Both the position numbers and the translations under genes were made by a program. From Octopus bimaculoides (lineage: Eukaryota): DNA of 32,886 bases. The stretch spans positions 118,474,773 through 118,507,658 of the forward strand of contig NC_068982.1 of NCBI RefSeq assembly GCF_001194135.2, written 5' to 3'. A model generated the notes under the pieces. It saw nothing but the letters and a program-made list of their open reading frames with translations, had not been told where the DNA came from and did not search any database. Below are positions 22,391 through 32,886 of the stretch, piece by piece; the stretch's first letter is position 1; each line of letters opens with the position of its first letter.

Positions 22391-23910
22391 TTATGCACCT
22401 ACACACACATACATATACATACACACACATATTAGGTAGCAATTCAATATACACTCGATCTTTGTACATCTCATATAATTGTATCATAAAAGGGTAGTCA
22501 AATAACAAAGACTTGTAAAATGTTAATTATTTATCATAACATGAAATGCAGGATTAATTTCCTTTATAAAAATATCTTGTTTTCTCGCAAAGATTTGATG
22601 CTATACTACAATTACTTAAATCTGTTCTACATACTTACATTTTGGGAAAATTCTTTGTTTCCCATGTCCTTTTGTGGAGTGAATCTATGGTATGACCCGA
22701 ACTAATTTTTCACATATGAGAGCACTACTTTGTAATGAACCTTTCCTAGCTCTTGGGCTGATAAACTTTTTTCAACGATGTAAATATATATTACTGTAGG
22801 AAGTCTTTTTATTATGCATACTCGTAAATTTATGCTTTGAGGACAGAAGTCTTGGGCTATAATTAAGTCTAGAAGCAAATTCGGTTTTCACTGTCGAAAT
22901 GTATCAGTTGTAGAATAATAGACCCAGTTTGTTTCTGGGCTTATTACTAATACAGTCTTTTTGGCACCTTTAAAAGGTCGCAGTATATTTAAAATATTCA
23001 GGCCAGAACTCTGGTTTCGGGACAACTAAATATCTCACCGTGTTGACATTTATTTTATGAATCTATGTGCAGATTTTCTCACCAGACATTCTAGTCACCA
23101 GCCTCAATTACTATGCAAAGTTCATGGGAAATTCCTTTCCATTCATATTTAAGCCACAAAATATGAGATTCAATCTCAACATTGGAGGGAGTAGTAAGTG
23201 GAATGAATATATAGAATACATAGACAGTGGGAAATAAACATTGAAACATAAGGTTTAGATTTCGAACGATGTGTCGATAAAATTTAAAATTTTGTTATAA
23301 GTATTGTAGACGATCGGGAAAACGAGAGATTGTTCACGCATGTTTTACTTAATGTCATCGATGTAAAAGATGAAATATTTTCAACGTTGTTTTGAAACAG
23401 TGTTGCATTTGCTTGCTTCCTAATTGATTAGCACACATGTTTCCTATACTCTATTGTTTGGATGAATTTACAAATAACAAAACTAATAGGTGTGATTCTC
23501 ACTCCAAGTTACAGAGAAAGACCGTGGTAACTAAATTCAGATCTACGCTAAATACATATGTATTTTACGACGTATATTTATTCATTTTTGTTTTATACCC
23601 TTCGTCAGCCACATAAAATATATTATAAATCGATATGCTGTGCATGAAATATTCCTTAGAAACACAATGGAATGGTAAATGCAATACGTTAACCGTGTCC
23701 AGTCTATTGGTATTTTATGCGACGCTTTCAAGTATATTTTTCCTTTCTAATATAATCCTTTCAGCAGCACGTGTGTGCCCTGTCACGGTTGAGTGAAGTT
23801 ATTTGAAAATCACCACTTTCGATTTGAAAAAGTAGATCTAAAAAAGATATTTTTTTATGTAAATATCTACTACTACAGCTGAATTATGCCTTTTCCACCT
23901 TCACATCTCA

Positions 23911-23937
23911 CTACTACTTCTTCTTCTGCTTCTTCTT

Positions 23938-24011
<74 letters not shown>
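23911..24011. repeat. (CTT)/(CTA)n compound trinucleotide microsatellite
   Basis: Direct reading; explains the poly-T and poly-S ORFs. Confidence 0.97.
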
Positions 24012-24012
<1 letters not shown>

Positions 24013-25417
24013 ATGTATTTATTAGCTACAAAGCTCAATGTATATATAGGCAATACACTGAACATTGTGGAGTTTTGAGAGTAAAAATAATACATAGTAA
24101 AAATAATAGATCTTCCACCTAAAATTTCCTGAATAGGAAGGAAAGATACTGAAAGTCATGCAAGAAAGCCCTACACAACCTTGATAACCCTGATAACTAA
24201 GAGCAAGTGCCCTTTGTCATATATCGTTTCCTGTGCACAGACTCTTCGTCGCTGTTGTGTGCCTTTATTAATCGACTCACTAATTTACTCGCTATTTCTC
24301 TCCTAATTATGATTTTAATTCAATTGCCCATTTCAAAGTCACCCAGTATTAGTTGCCACTTCTTTAATTACCTCTTGAATATGTTACCTTCGTCTATGTA
24401 GGATTCACGCACCGTGAGTGGCTTGATGATCTTCCAGGCAGGAGCCGTGTCCCTGCATAAGAGATCGACTGTCTAGCTTACGTACCATCACCACTCAACT
24501 TCTTTGGCACACTTTAATTTTTTTCTTAATTGTTAAAAAATTTTACGTTTATGAATTTGTGTTGCAAGATGCCTGATGTGAAATCGTGTGCAGAAGCAGA
24601 TAATGTATTTTTCGACGGTAAATTTTTTTATTCACTCGTTTATTACTTTTCTTATTTTAATTCATGTCCATTGCCCAGAAATCTTTCGTCACACATCTGT
24701 GACCTCTTCAGCGACTTTCCGTCCTCGTGTATGCTCCTGCACTGTTTAGTCCATTGTGCTCTGTTACAAAAAAAAAAGAACAAATTGCTTTTATAAATAA
24801 TTATGTACACGAAAAATATGCAATTAAATGAAGGAAGCGGATTTTATATGTACATAAACCAATCAATACATAAAAGAGGCGGATTCCAAATTGCGCTACA
24901 TGGATAACGACAACAAGAAGAACAGAGACACCAGGAGTACCACCACTACCAACAACAAAAACTGTAATAAGAAAATGCTTTTCTAATGTTGGCACAAAAA
25001 TAGTAATTATAGCAAGAAAGAGAGCTAGTCTATTATAACAATCCCAATACTTGACTGGGTGGAGTGTATTCAAATAATGCAATTCGGTATCGGAGTAGAA
25101 CATTTACTTTTCACACCGAAAGCAATGTCACCTTGCGTGCAATTTGATTTCAGAACTTAAAGTGTATATCTATATTTCTATAATTATATATTTATGTTAC
25201 ATTCTAAAAATTTTATATAGATATTTAAAGGCCACATAAACAATTAACATTCCGTTTTATTATTTTTATAGTAGTATATACAATAGAAGTTCAATTTCCT
25301 TGTATATCTACGACTAAGTTGCTAAATGTATTGCACTGCATGCCATACAGTGATGTTTTCTAACATAACAGTGGTCCTGACTGTGTTGTTAAGAAGTTCA
25401 CTTTGCAGCAATTATCT

Positions 25418-25459
25418 TCGGTAATGAAAGTCACCCGGGTGTTTGGCTTTCATTACCGA
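25418..25459 (+). other. 16-bp inverted repeat / hairpin with 10-nt loop
   Basis: TCGGTAATGAAAGTCA (25418-25433) pairs with TGGCTTTCATTACCGA (25444-25459): 15 Watson-Crick pairs plus one U-G. Confidence 0.85.
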
Positions 25460-25569
25460 CGTTGTCAGTGCAGTATATTATCGTAATATGTTAAGGAATT
25501 TGACATATGTGAATAATGATATGTAAGATTAAAAGAATGCTATTCGTTTCCATCTTTGTCCCGTTATGA

Positions 25570-25605
<36 letters not shown>

Positions 25606-25687
25606 NNNNNNNNNNNNNNNNNNNNNNNNNNNNNNNNNNNNNNNNNNNNNNNNNNNNNNNNNNNNNNNNNNNNNNNNNNNNNNNNTG

Positions 25688-25721
<34 letters not shown>

Positions 25722-26019
25722 GCATTGTCTAGTAAGGTATAGTGTTAGATAGTATAACATCATATAGTATGGTAAACTATACGATATAATGCTGAAATAT
25801 ACTACTGCCTATCATATTTCGACTATGTAGCTAATAGTTGCAATGCTGTAATCATAATGATCTTCAACTACTACTAATAGTCTATAGAATGTTGAATACA
25901 GTCATTTATAAACTAAAATCATGAGAGAGTGAATTTAAAATTCATGACTTATACAAGCATCGCTAACAGAAAATAACAATGCATAAGCCAAGGTTTTCAG
26001 CAAAACAAATTTTGAGTGT

Positions 26020-26107
26020 GTCTGTTTGCGTGAATGCCCACACACACACACACATTTACACATATACATACCTACATACGTACGTACATACATACAAATG
26101 CACCACT

Positions 26108-26148
<41 letters not shown>

Positions 26149-26290
26149 TAAAAACGTACGTACTTATGTACATATATACGTACAAACGTACATACATACA
26201 TGCAATGTGTCACTGCCCACACAAATACACACGCACATACACACTCACACACACACACAGAAATATAACATATATAGTATGTGTTTGCGT
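26020..26290. repeat. Degenerate (CA)/(TACA)n microsatellite field
   Basis: Direct reading. Confidence 0.9.
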
Positions 26291-26504
26291 GATTTTATGC
26301 TGTAACACTTCATCTTCACAACAGCATCGACCACCTCTACCACGTACATGTTCTTTTAGACTAATAAACACGTCTCACCTAGTATGGCAGGATGTGCGAT
26401 CAATAAAACTTGCTTCTTATTCACATCCAATTCTTAGATCTATTTTATATTTATTATTATTATATGCTCTGATGCAGTACTAAGCAGTGGTGCTTATGGC
26501 TTAT

Positions 26505-26623
26505 GCGGTGAGCTGGCAGAAACGTTAGTACACTGGGCAAAATACTTAGCGACATTTCGTCCGTCTTTATATTGTGAGTTGAAATTCCGCTGAGGTAGAC
26601 TTCGACTTTTATATTTTCGGGCG
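26505..26623 (+). mobile_element. 5' fragment of a tRNA-derived Octopus-type SINE, cut off by a (TAT)n tract
   Basis: GCGGTGAGCTGGCAGAAACGTTAG head and B-box-like GAGTTGAAATTCC, followed by gaggtagacttcgacttt..tttcggg; the sequence then stops abruptly at (TAT)n. Confidence 0.75.
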
Positions 26624-26633
26624 TATTATTATA

Positions 26634-26713
<80 letters not shown>
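26624..26713. repeat. (TAT)n, i.e. (TAA)n on the minus strand
   Basis: About 30 units, nearly perfect. Confidence 0.97.
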
Positions 26714-26714
<1 letters not shown>

Positions 26715-26830
26715 GCCGTCGCATAGTATACAATATCGTGAGGTTGCTGAAGATATTGTGTCTACTGGGGGTTTGTACTCTTTGTCAAGTCACAACGAGG
26801 ACCTCAGACGTACATTATTAGTATTTTTGT
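26714..26830 (-). mobile_element. Possible 3' UTR of a TAA-tailed R4/Dong-like element
   Basis: Minus strand GTCTGAGGTCCTCGTTGTGACTTGACAAAGAGTACAAA resembles GTCTCCTGGGGTCTATGGATGATACTTGAAGTCAACTTGTACAAA in the 13.35-kb 3' UTR, and runs directly into (TAA)n. Confidence 0.4.
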
Positions 26831-28620
26831 TCTCTTCCTAGTCTTTTTTTCAGTTTCTGGCGATTTTTGGTCATTTTTCTATACAATATTTCTCGACAAT
26901 CTCCTGATAGGTGTAGGACAGCTTTGTTTAAACAAATAATATAATAGATGCGCACATGCACATGTACGCACAGGTTTATAAGCCTATGATTGCGCTTATA
27001 TTTGCATATGCATAAATGCACCTATATATATNNNNNNNNNNNNNNNNNNNNNNNNNNNNNNNNNNNNNNNNNNNNNNNNNNNNNNNNNNNNNTATATATA
27101 TATATATATTCTTGCATGTATAAATACATGCATATACGCTATTAAAGTGGTGTTTTTCAATTGCTTATATATTTCTTAGATTTGTTCAACAAATCACAAA
27201 AGCCAAGGCGAGGTTCTTTATGTGTTTTCTTTATGATAATTTTCATTTCATTATAATATTATGTAATGAGTTATTTTATATTTTTAACCCGCAACCTATA
27301 GTGTCTCGCATAGAATCGTGATTTGAATATTAAACTTTTTAGTGGGCCTAGTTTACTGAAAACAGACAACTTTTGTGAAAGAAAGGTTATAAAGAAATGC
27401 AAAAGATATAATGTTCTTCAAAGTACCGTACTTCTTTTATTTTCTCTTCTTTCCAGGTATAAAATTAAACTATGCGTATTTAGTTGTGATGCAAGGAAGA
27501 TTAGTTCTCTTTTAGTTTTCATCAATAATGAATCTGTAAACACGACCGTCTCACACGCTATCATTGCGTTCTAATATTTCTCACTCATGCTATCAGCCAC
27601 TCTCTCTTTCTCTCTACCTATTTATATATGTGAACGTGTGACTGTGTGTATTTCTGTGTGTGTGTGTGTTCAGATGTTGTTCATGACGAACGGAAGAAAA
27701 TGGTTTTGATCAATTTTGTGGAGTATAATCATATTTGTTCGACTGGTACCATTTAACAATACTCGAGTTTTCAAGATAAATTCAAAAAATCAAAAGAGCA
27801 TCTTTATATCTACGGAAAAATAAGCTTGTATTCAGTTAAATAATGACATGTCTTGGTTTGGTACCAAAATGTTTCTTGTATATACCTTAGTGCTCTTTGC
27901 TCACTGAATTCAATTGACGTATATTTTAAGTGGAGAAATCTACTGAACTTACTTTCCATGATTTTTAACTGTCGAAATTATTGGCACCATGTCTCAAAGT
28001 TTTTTTGAGCTGACCAGCTTGTGATTAGAAATTCTGTAATACCAATCACTTTGCAGGCATCATATTTACATTTCTTTGCATGTGTACGTAAAGAAAATAA
28101 TTATAACCTGTTATAAAAAATTCAGGTTTCATGCTTATTAGTTGCAGTTTTGTGACATGGTTACTCTGACATTGTTGTAAGCATACGTTTACAGGGAATT
28201 TCATTTATCCGCTGTTTCAAGCATATCAAGTAAAGATATTTTCAAAGGGCTATGACTTTTTACTGTACCTAAATAAATGAATGTAGGTTCGAATGTACAT
28301 TTGTTAACCTATTGTACATTTTGACTGTAAATTCCAGTTCTTCTGCATCTGCTCTGAATAACGTTTCTTTTACACGCATTGTCATTCAAAACGTACGTAG
28401 TTGTGTTTAGTATAAACAATACATTGCCTATTGATCTAAGATTGCTGTTCTTGATAATACTTCGATATCTGTCAGAAGGAGACAGACACAAAGCAATTAT
28501 TATAGCGAATATCGCACACACGTTTCGGTTCCTCCCACAATACAGGTAGAATAATATATTTTGTAATGGCCTATATCAAATCAAAGCGGTCATCCAACCA
28601 ATTATTGCTAAATGGAAAAA

Positions 28621-28667
28621 GACCCTCACTGCACAAGGGTCGCTAGGACCCTTGTGCAGTGGGGGTC
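28621..28667 (+). other. 21-bp GC-rich inverted repeat with 5-nt loop
   Basis: GACCCTCACTGCACAAGGGTC-GCTAG-GACCCTTGTGCAGTGGGGGTC: 20 Watson-Crick pairs plus one U-G. Confidence 0.95.
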
Positions 28668-28850
28668 AGCAATATTACATAGTTCTTTGTACAATAATAC
28701 TCTACACATTCATTTACCATAGTAGTCAGAAATGAACTATGTGACAGCGGGCAATCTATTAATGCTACTATTTATGCATATTGCTTTTACGATATATCTA
28801 AATTACAGGTGATTTTTATCAGTGATTTACTTTGCTGCTGGAAAATATAT

Positions 28851-29140
28851 TCTTTTTGTTTTTAATTGCTACGGTCATTTGATTGCAGACATGCTGCTGC
28901 ACCGCCTTTAGTCGAACAAATCGCCCCCTGGACTTATTCTTTGTAAGCCTAGCACGTATTGCATCGATTCATTTACCGAAACGCTAATGTTACGGAGACA
29001 TAAACACATCAACATCGGTTGTCAAGCGATAGTGGGTGGTACACACAAAGATACAGAAACATATACATATATACACATATATACGATGGGCTTCTTTCAG
29101 TTTCCGCCTACCAAATCTACTCAAAACACTCTGGTCAGCT
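28851..29140 (-). mobile_element. 5'-truncated Octopus-type SINE, same family as 18241-18630
   Basis: accgcctttagtcgaacaaatcg..gacttattctttgtaagcctag..ggttgtcaagcgat..gggcttctttcagtttccgcctaccaaatctactca matches the 18.3-18.55-kb copy; the tRNA head is missing. Confidence 0.85.
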
Positions 29141-30649
29141 GCTGCTGACCATCCAAATCAGCCGAAAGTAGCATTTAACAAAACACAGCCACAAAACCTT
29201 ATTCACACATACAAACTGCTTACTTTCGGTATTGATTCCACACTTTATTTTGTTGTGTACACACACGCATACACACATGCGCACATAAACAGGTGCCTGA
29301 GTTCGTCTTGCGAAAGTGTGTATTTATATACAATCAAGTATNNNNNNNNNNNNNNNNNNNNNNNNNNNNNNNNNNNNNNNNNNNNNNNNNNNNNNNNNNN
29401 NNNNNNNNNNNNNNNNNNNNNNNNNNNNNNNNNNNNNNNNNNNNNNNNNNNNNNNNNNNNNNNNNNNNNNNNNNNNNNNNNNNNNNNNNNNNNNNNNNNN
29501 NNNNNNNNNNNNNNNNNNNNNNNNNNNNNNNNNNNNNNNNNNNNNNNNNNNNNNNNNNNNNNNNNNNNNNNNNNNNNNNNNNNNNNNNNNNNNNNNNNNN
29601 NNNNNNNNNNNNNNNNNNNNNNNNNNNNNNNNNNNNNNNNNNNNNNNNNNNNNNNNNNNNNNNNNNNNNNNNNNNNNNNNNNNNNNNNNNNNNNNNNNNN
29701 NNNNNNNNNNNNNNNNNNNNNNNNNNNNNNNNNNNNNNNNNNNNNNNNNNNNNNNNNNNNNNNNNNNNNNNNNNNNNNNNNNNNNNNNNNNNNNNNNNNN
29801 NNNNNNNNATATATATATATATATATATACATGCATGTAAGCATGTATGCATATGTACGCAAGTATGTATATATACATGTATGTAATATGTATTACTATG
29901 AACACAATACAAACTGCATAACGTCATTTAAAATTTCCCTAAATAAACATTTTGAAAACATTACTCCACACATTTTGACAGTTCTCAACAGGAGTTTTAC
30001 AGCCATTGCCGCAACTCTATTGCGCATCACAAACAAACCTGTCAATTAAAAATTTTGGACTTGTCACCTTTTTGAATATTTCATATTAGATCGACTTCAC
30101 TCGCAAAATTTTTCTCTCCTCGTTGTAAAAGCAATTTTAATTAAATGAAATTATAGGGCTCACTTCATTAATTTTTTATTCACAAACACTCGAGTTTGTG
30201 TTCCATGCAGAACGCTTCCGTATATGATTTGCATCACTCAGTCTATCGAAAAGCTTCGTGAATCGACTATAATCATGTATTATTAATGGTTTGTTCAGAA
30301 AACCGTTTTAGAATCAAACAACGATGAGATCTTGAATCCTTGATTTTTGGCAGTAAATTTGATCACCATGCGATGGATACACAAACGCACAGGCATGTAT
30401 ACACGCTAATATCTATCTTTTCTTCTATTTGTGTATATACATAAATACATATATGTGTGTGTGTGTGTGCATATCTCTTTCCTTCTATCTCTCTCTCCCT
30501 ATATATATATTCATGCATGCATGAAATAATTGAGATTCAGTTGTTGAATTAGGTACTTAAGTTGAAGCTCTAAGTCAGTCTAGTATTGTCGGCACATCTC
30601 GAGGTTTGGTGAATAAAAAGCATCCTTGTTACTTATTTGCTATTTATTC

Positions 30650-30726
30650 ATGTATGTATGTGCGTGTAAGTATTGTGTGTGCTTATAAGTACGTGCGTAA
30701 GTATGTGTGTGTGCGTGTACGTGTAC

Positions 30727-30759
<33 letters not shown>

Positions 30760-30770
30760 TGTGTGTATAA
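30650..30770. repeat. (GT)n / (GTAC) degenerate microsatellite
   Basis: Direct reading. Confidence 0.9.
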
Positions 30771-32851
30771 ATGAATATTTATGCATGAGTCTACTAGAGA
30801 ATTATGTACTGAATAATTTTCAGAGGCAATTTCAACTGCTGCAAGCCGGAAATATTTCCACTAGTTCTGAGATAAGGTATAAATAAGTTGGAACAACTTT
30901 CTTATATCCTAAATTCCTCACATTAAAAATCATGCATAGATGAGGAAAAAAATTCAATTATATTACTTCCATTACCAAATTGATGAAAACAATTTTATGG
31001 TTTACTCCAACATCCGCTGGATAGAAAATGTAGAGTGAGTGTAAGAGAACGATCTGAGTGATATTTTTCAGTCGAAAATTTACTTTCACAAATGTTTATT
31101 GAGTTTATGTATGTAATATTTTACAAAGTGATCAAAGGTAGCATGAATCGCTATGAAACCTCAACTCTTACACTGTTGATTTATCAGCTATCTATGTTAT
31201 ATCAATATTGGCGTAAGAGAGCGTCAGTACGTACAAGCAATTAACGGACTTGTCACTGGTTAAACAAAAGTCTGATGCTGAATGTGAGAAAATATATGAA
31301 ACTCGACTTAGAACTAATAACAAGGAAAGATTCATTTGTAAAACATCCTTTCTTTTTTAGTTTTTTCAGACTGATGTTTATATACTTCCTTACTATGTAT
31401 GTATGTCTTTATTGACGATATCAATAAAGGCACACACAAAAATACAAACATGCAATCACACAAATATATAGAATACAACTTTATCCTATTAGACGCATAA
31501 AAATATCTTCATGAAGAAAATATTTAACGTGATAGACAACATGTAGCAATCACTCAAACTTCGATAATTCAAATGCATGAAAACTGTTACTTATAGAAGA
31601 CGAGTCTGTTCAAAAAGAACCTACGTGCCTCCGATTAATATACGAAGTTCCAGACAAATATTGCCATTAACTAAAACATAACTGGTGATTAATTCTACAA
31701 TTCTGTCATAAGAGAAAATGAAAACAAGAGCGGTTCGCACAAAACTGTCTCTCTTTGACTCTTAAATATATAACCGCTAATATTCTGACGCGCATACGTC
31801 AAATATGCGATACGTTTAAGAAATTATAGGCGACAAATTGCATATGATGTACATATAGGGCTGGGAACTCAAATTTTCCCAATTGTGTTTAATGATACAT
31901 ATATACAAGGAAAAGACATTGACGAGAAAGGTGAAATAAACATCAAAGATATCAAGCTCCTCACAGAAATAGCAAGAGCTCCTCATAGGTACTATAAGCA
32001 CTTCTAAATGTTTTGCAATGCTGGAAATACTTTCGCATCGTCTTCAAGTGTCACAAGTGTTTCGTCTGTTAGCCTGTGCACTTCACCTGAAAAGGGTTGT
32101 AAGGATTGAGCTAGTTGTGAAGATTGCAGTCTCTTATCAACCATAGCCATCTTGAGCTAGTTTTAGCTACCGTTCCTATTTCCTTCATGACTTTCCGTCA
32201 GCTGTCTGTGTTCCAGTCATATATTCTGCTGGAAATAGCGCATTGATCTAGATGGAGAGTTGAGGCAGCCAACTTCAATCAAGAGGTCACGTGTTAGCCT
32301 TTAACAAGGGTCTTGTGAACTAAGTCCTGATTTTTAGATTTGTTTCCCTTGTGGAAGTATGGAGTCTGTCCTCGCAGATCACTGTGATTTCGACCACGAT
32401 AATTGTTTCCGTATTTCTGGAAAGCAGAGACACTTTTGATTCGAGTGACATTGCTACTGTCTTCTCTGGAAAGACAAGTCTGCCACTCAGGTTTATTTGC
32501 ATGATCCTGTAAGAGGAATAATGCAGGATAGAAAACGGTTCCCTTTTCATTGCATTTGCCTTCAGCACTTTATCACTTTCCTGTAGGAATTTAACACCAT
32601 TTGCTGGTGATCGCTGTCGCCCCATTCTGCTGCTACTGAACAAAGGCCTGAAAAAATATATGGTACAGTTCCTGTTTTTTCTGTGTGTATGTGTGTTCGC
32701 TCATGGCGTTACCATGGTTGTTGTTGTTATTGCCATCCATAGCACAGCCGCTGCTGCTGACCGTGCGGTTACATCCTTATCTTAATCACGGTTCTTCTCG
32801 ATTGCTACTCACAAGACGGGTAGCATACTGTGAGCTCTGTATGATTATGCA

Positions 32852-32886
32852 TATGTGTAGGTGTATATATATATATATATATATAT
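32852..32886. repeat. (GT)/(TA)n microsatellite at the window end
   Basis: Direct reading. Confidence 0.9.

Noticed and set aside
22680-22689. 10-nt segment after an AG-free tract with a G|GTATGA donor
   Set aside because: The acceptor would be GAG, which is rarely used
23886-24122. Poly-Thr and poly-Ser ORFs
   Set aside because: Translation of the (CTA)n microsatellite
24801-25103. 100-aa hydrophobic minus-strand ORF resembling a membrane protein
   Set aside because: The core derives from a decayed (GTT/GGT) triplet tract; another frame gives an equally hydrophobic poly-L/V string; no family motif
2364-30049. Long ORFs of 75-412 aa containing X runs and YIYIYI, HTHTHT or VCVCVC stretches
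   Set aside because: They are artefacts of translating through 12 N-gaps and dinucleotide repeats. Gap lengths are assembly estimates, so distances across them are unreliable.
1-32886. CRISPR arrays, rRNA, bona fide tRNA genes, prokaryotic operons
   Set aside because: No regularly spaced repeat-spacer array and no rRNA-like sequence. The tRNA-like segments are SINE heads joined to SINE bodies.

Overview
AT-rich, repeat-dense eukaryotic DNA that looks intronic or intergenic. It is most likely from an octopus (coleoid cephalopod) draft assembly; this is an inference from SINE sequences I recognise as Octopus-type and from 12 N-gaps that nearly all abut (TA)n, (CA)n or (GT)n microsatellites. 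I found no intact, recognisable protein-coding gene, and almost every long ORF in the track is an artefact of N-runs or simple repeats. Supported content: an internally deleted mariner-like transposon interrupted by a tRNA-derived SINE with an 11-bp target-site duplication; several more tRNA-SINE copies; fragments of restriction-endonuclease-type (R4/Dong-like) non-LTR retrotransposons tied to (TAA)n tracts; a decayed RTE-like LINE 3' end; a probable Penelope-like fragment with a hammerhead-like core; and many microsatellites. Structure not explained by these repeats: plus-strand micro-exon-like splice architectures at 19.2-22.2 kb, a competing minus-strand exon candidate at 21.8-21.9 kb, three short hairpins, and an unassigned coding-like island near 32.0-32.65 kb. 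I cannot show a new biological system from sequence alone; the micro-exon and hairpin leads are testable hypotheses.
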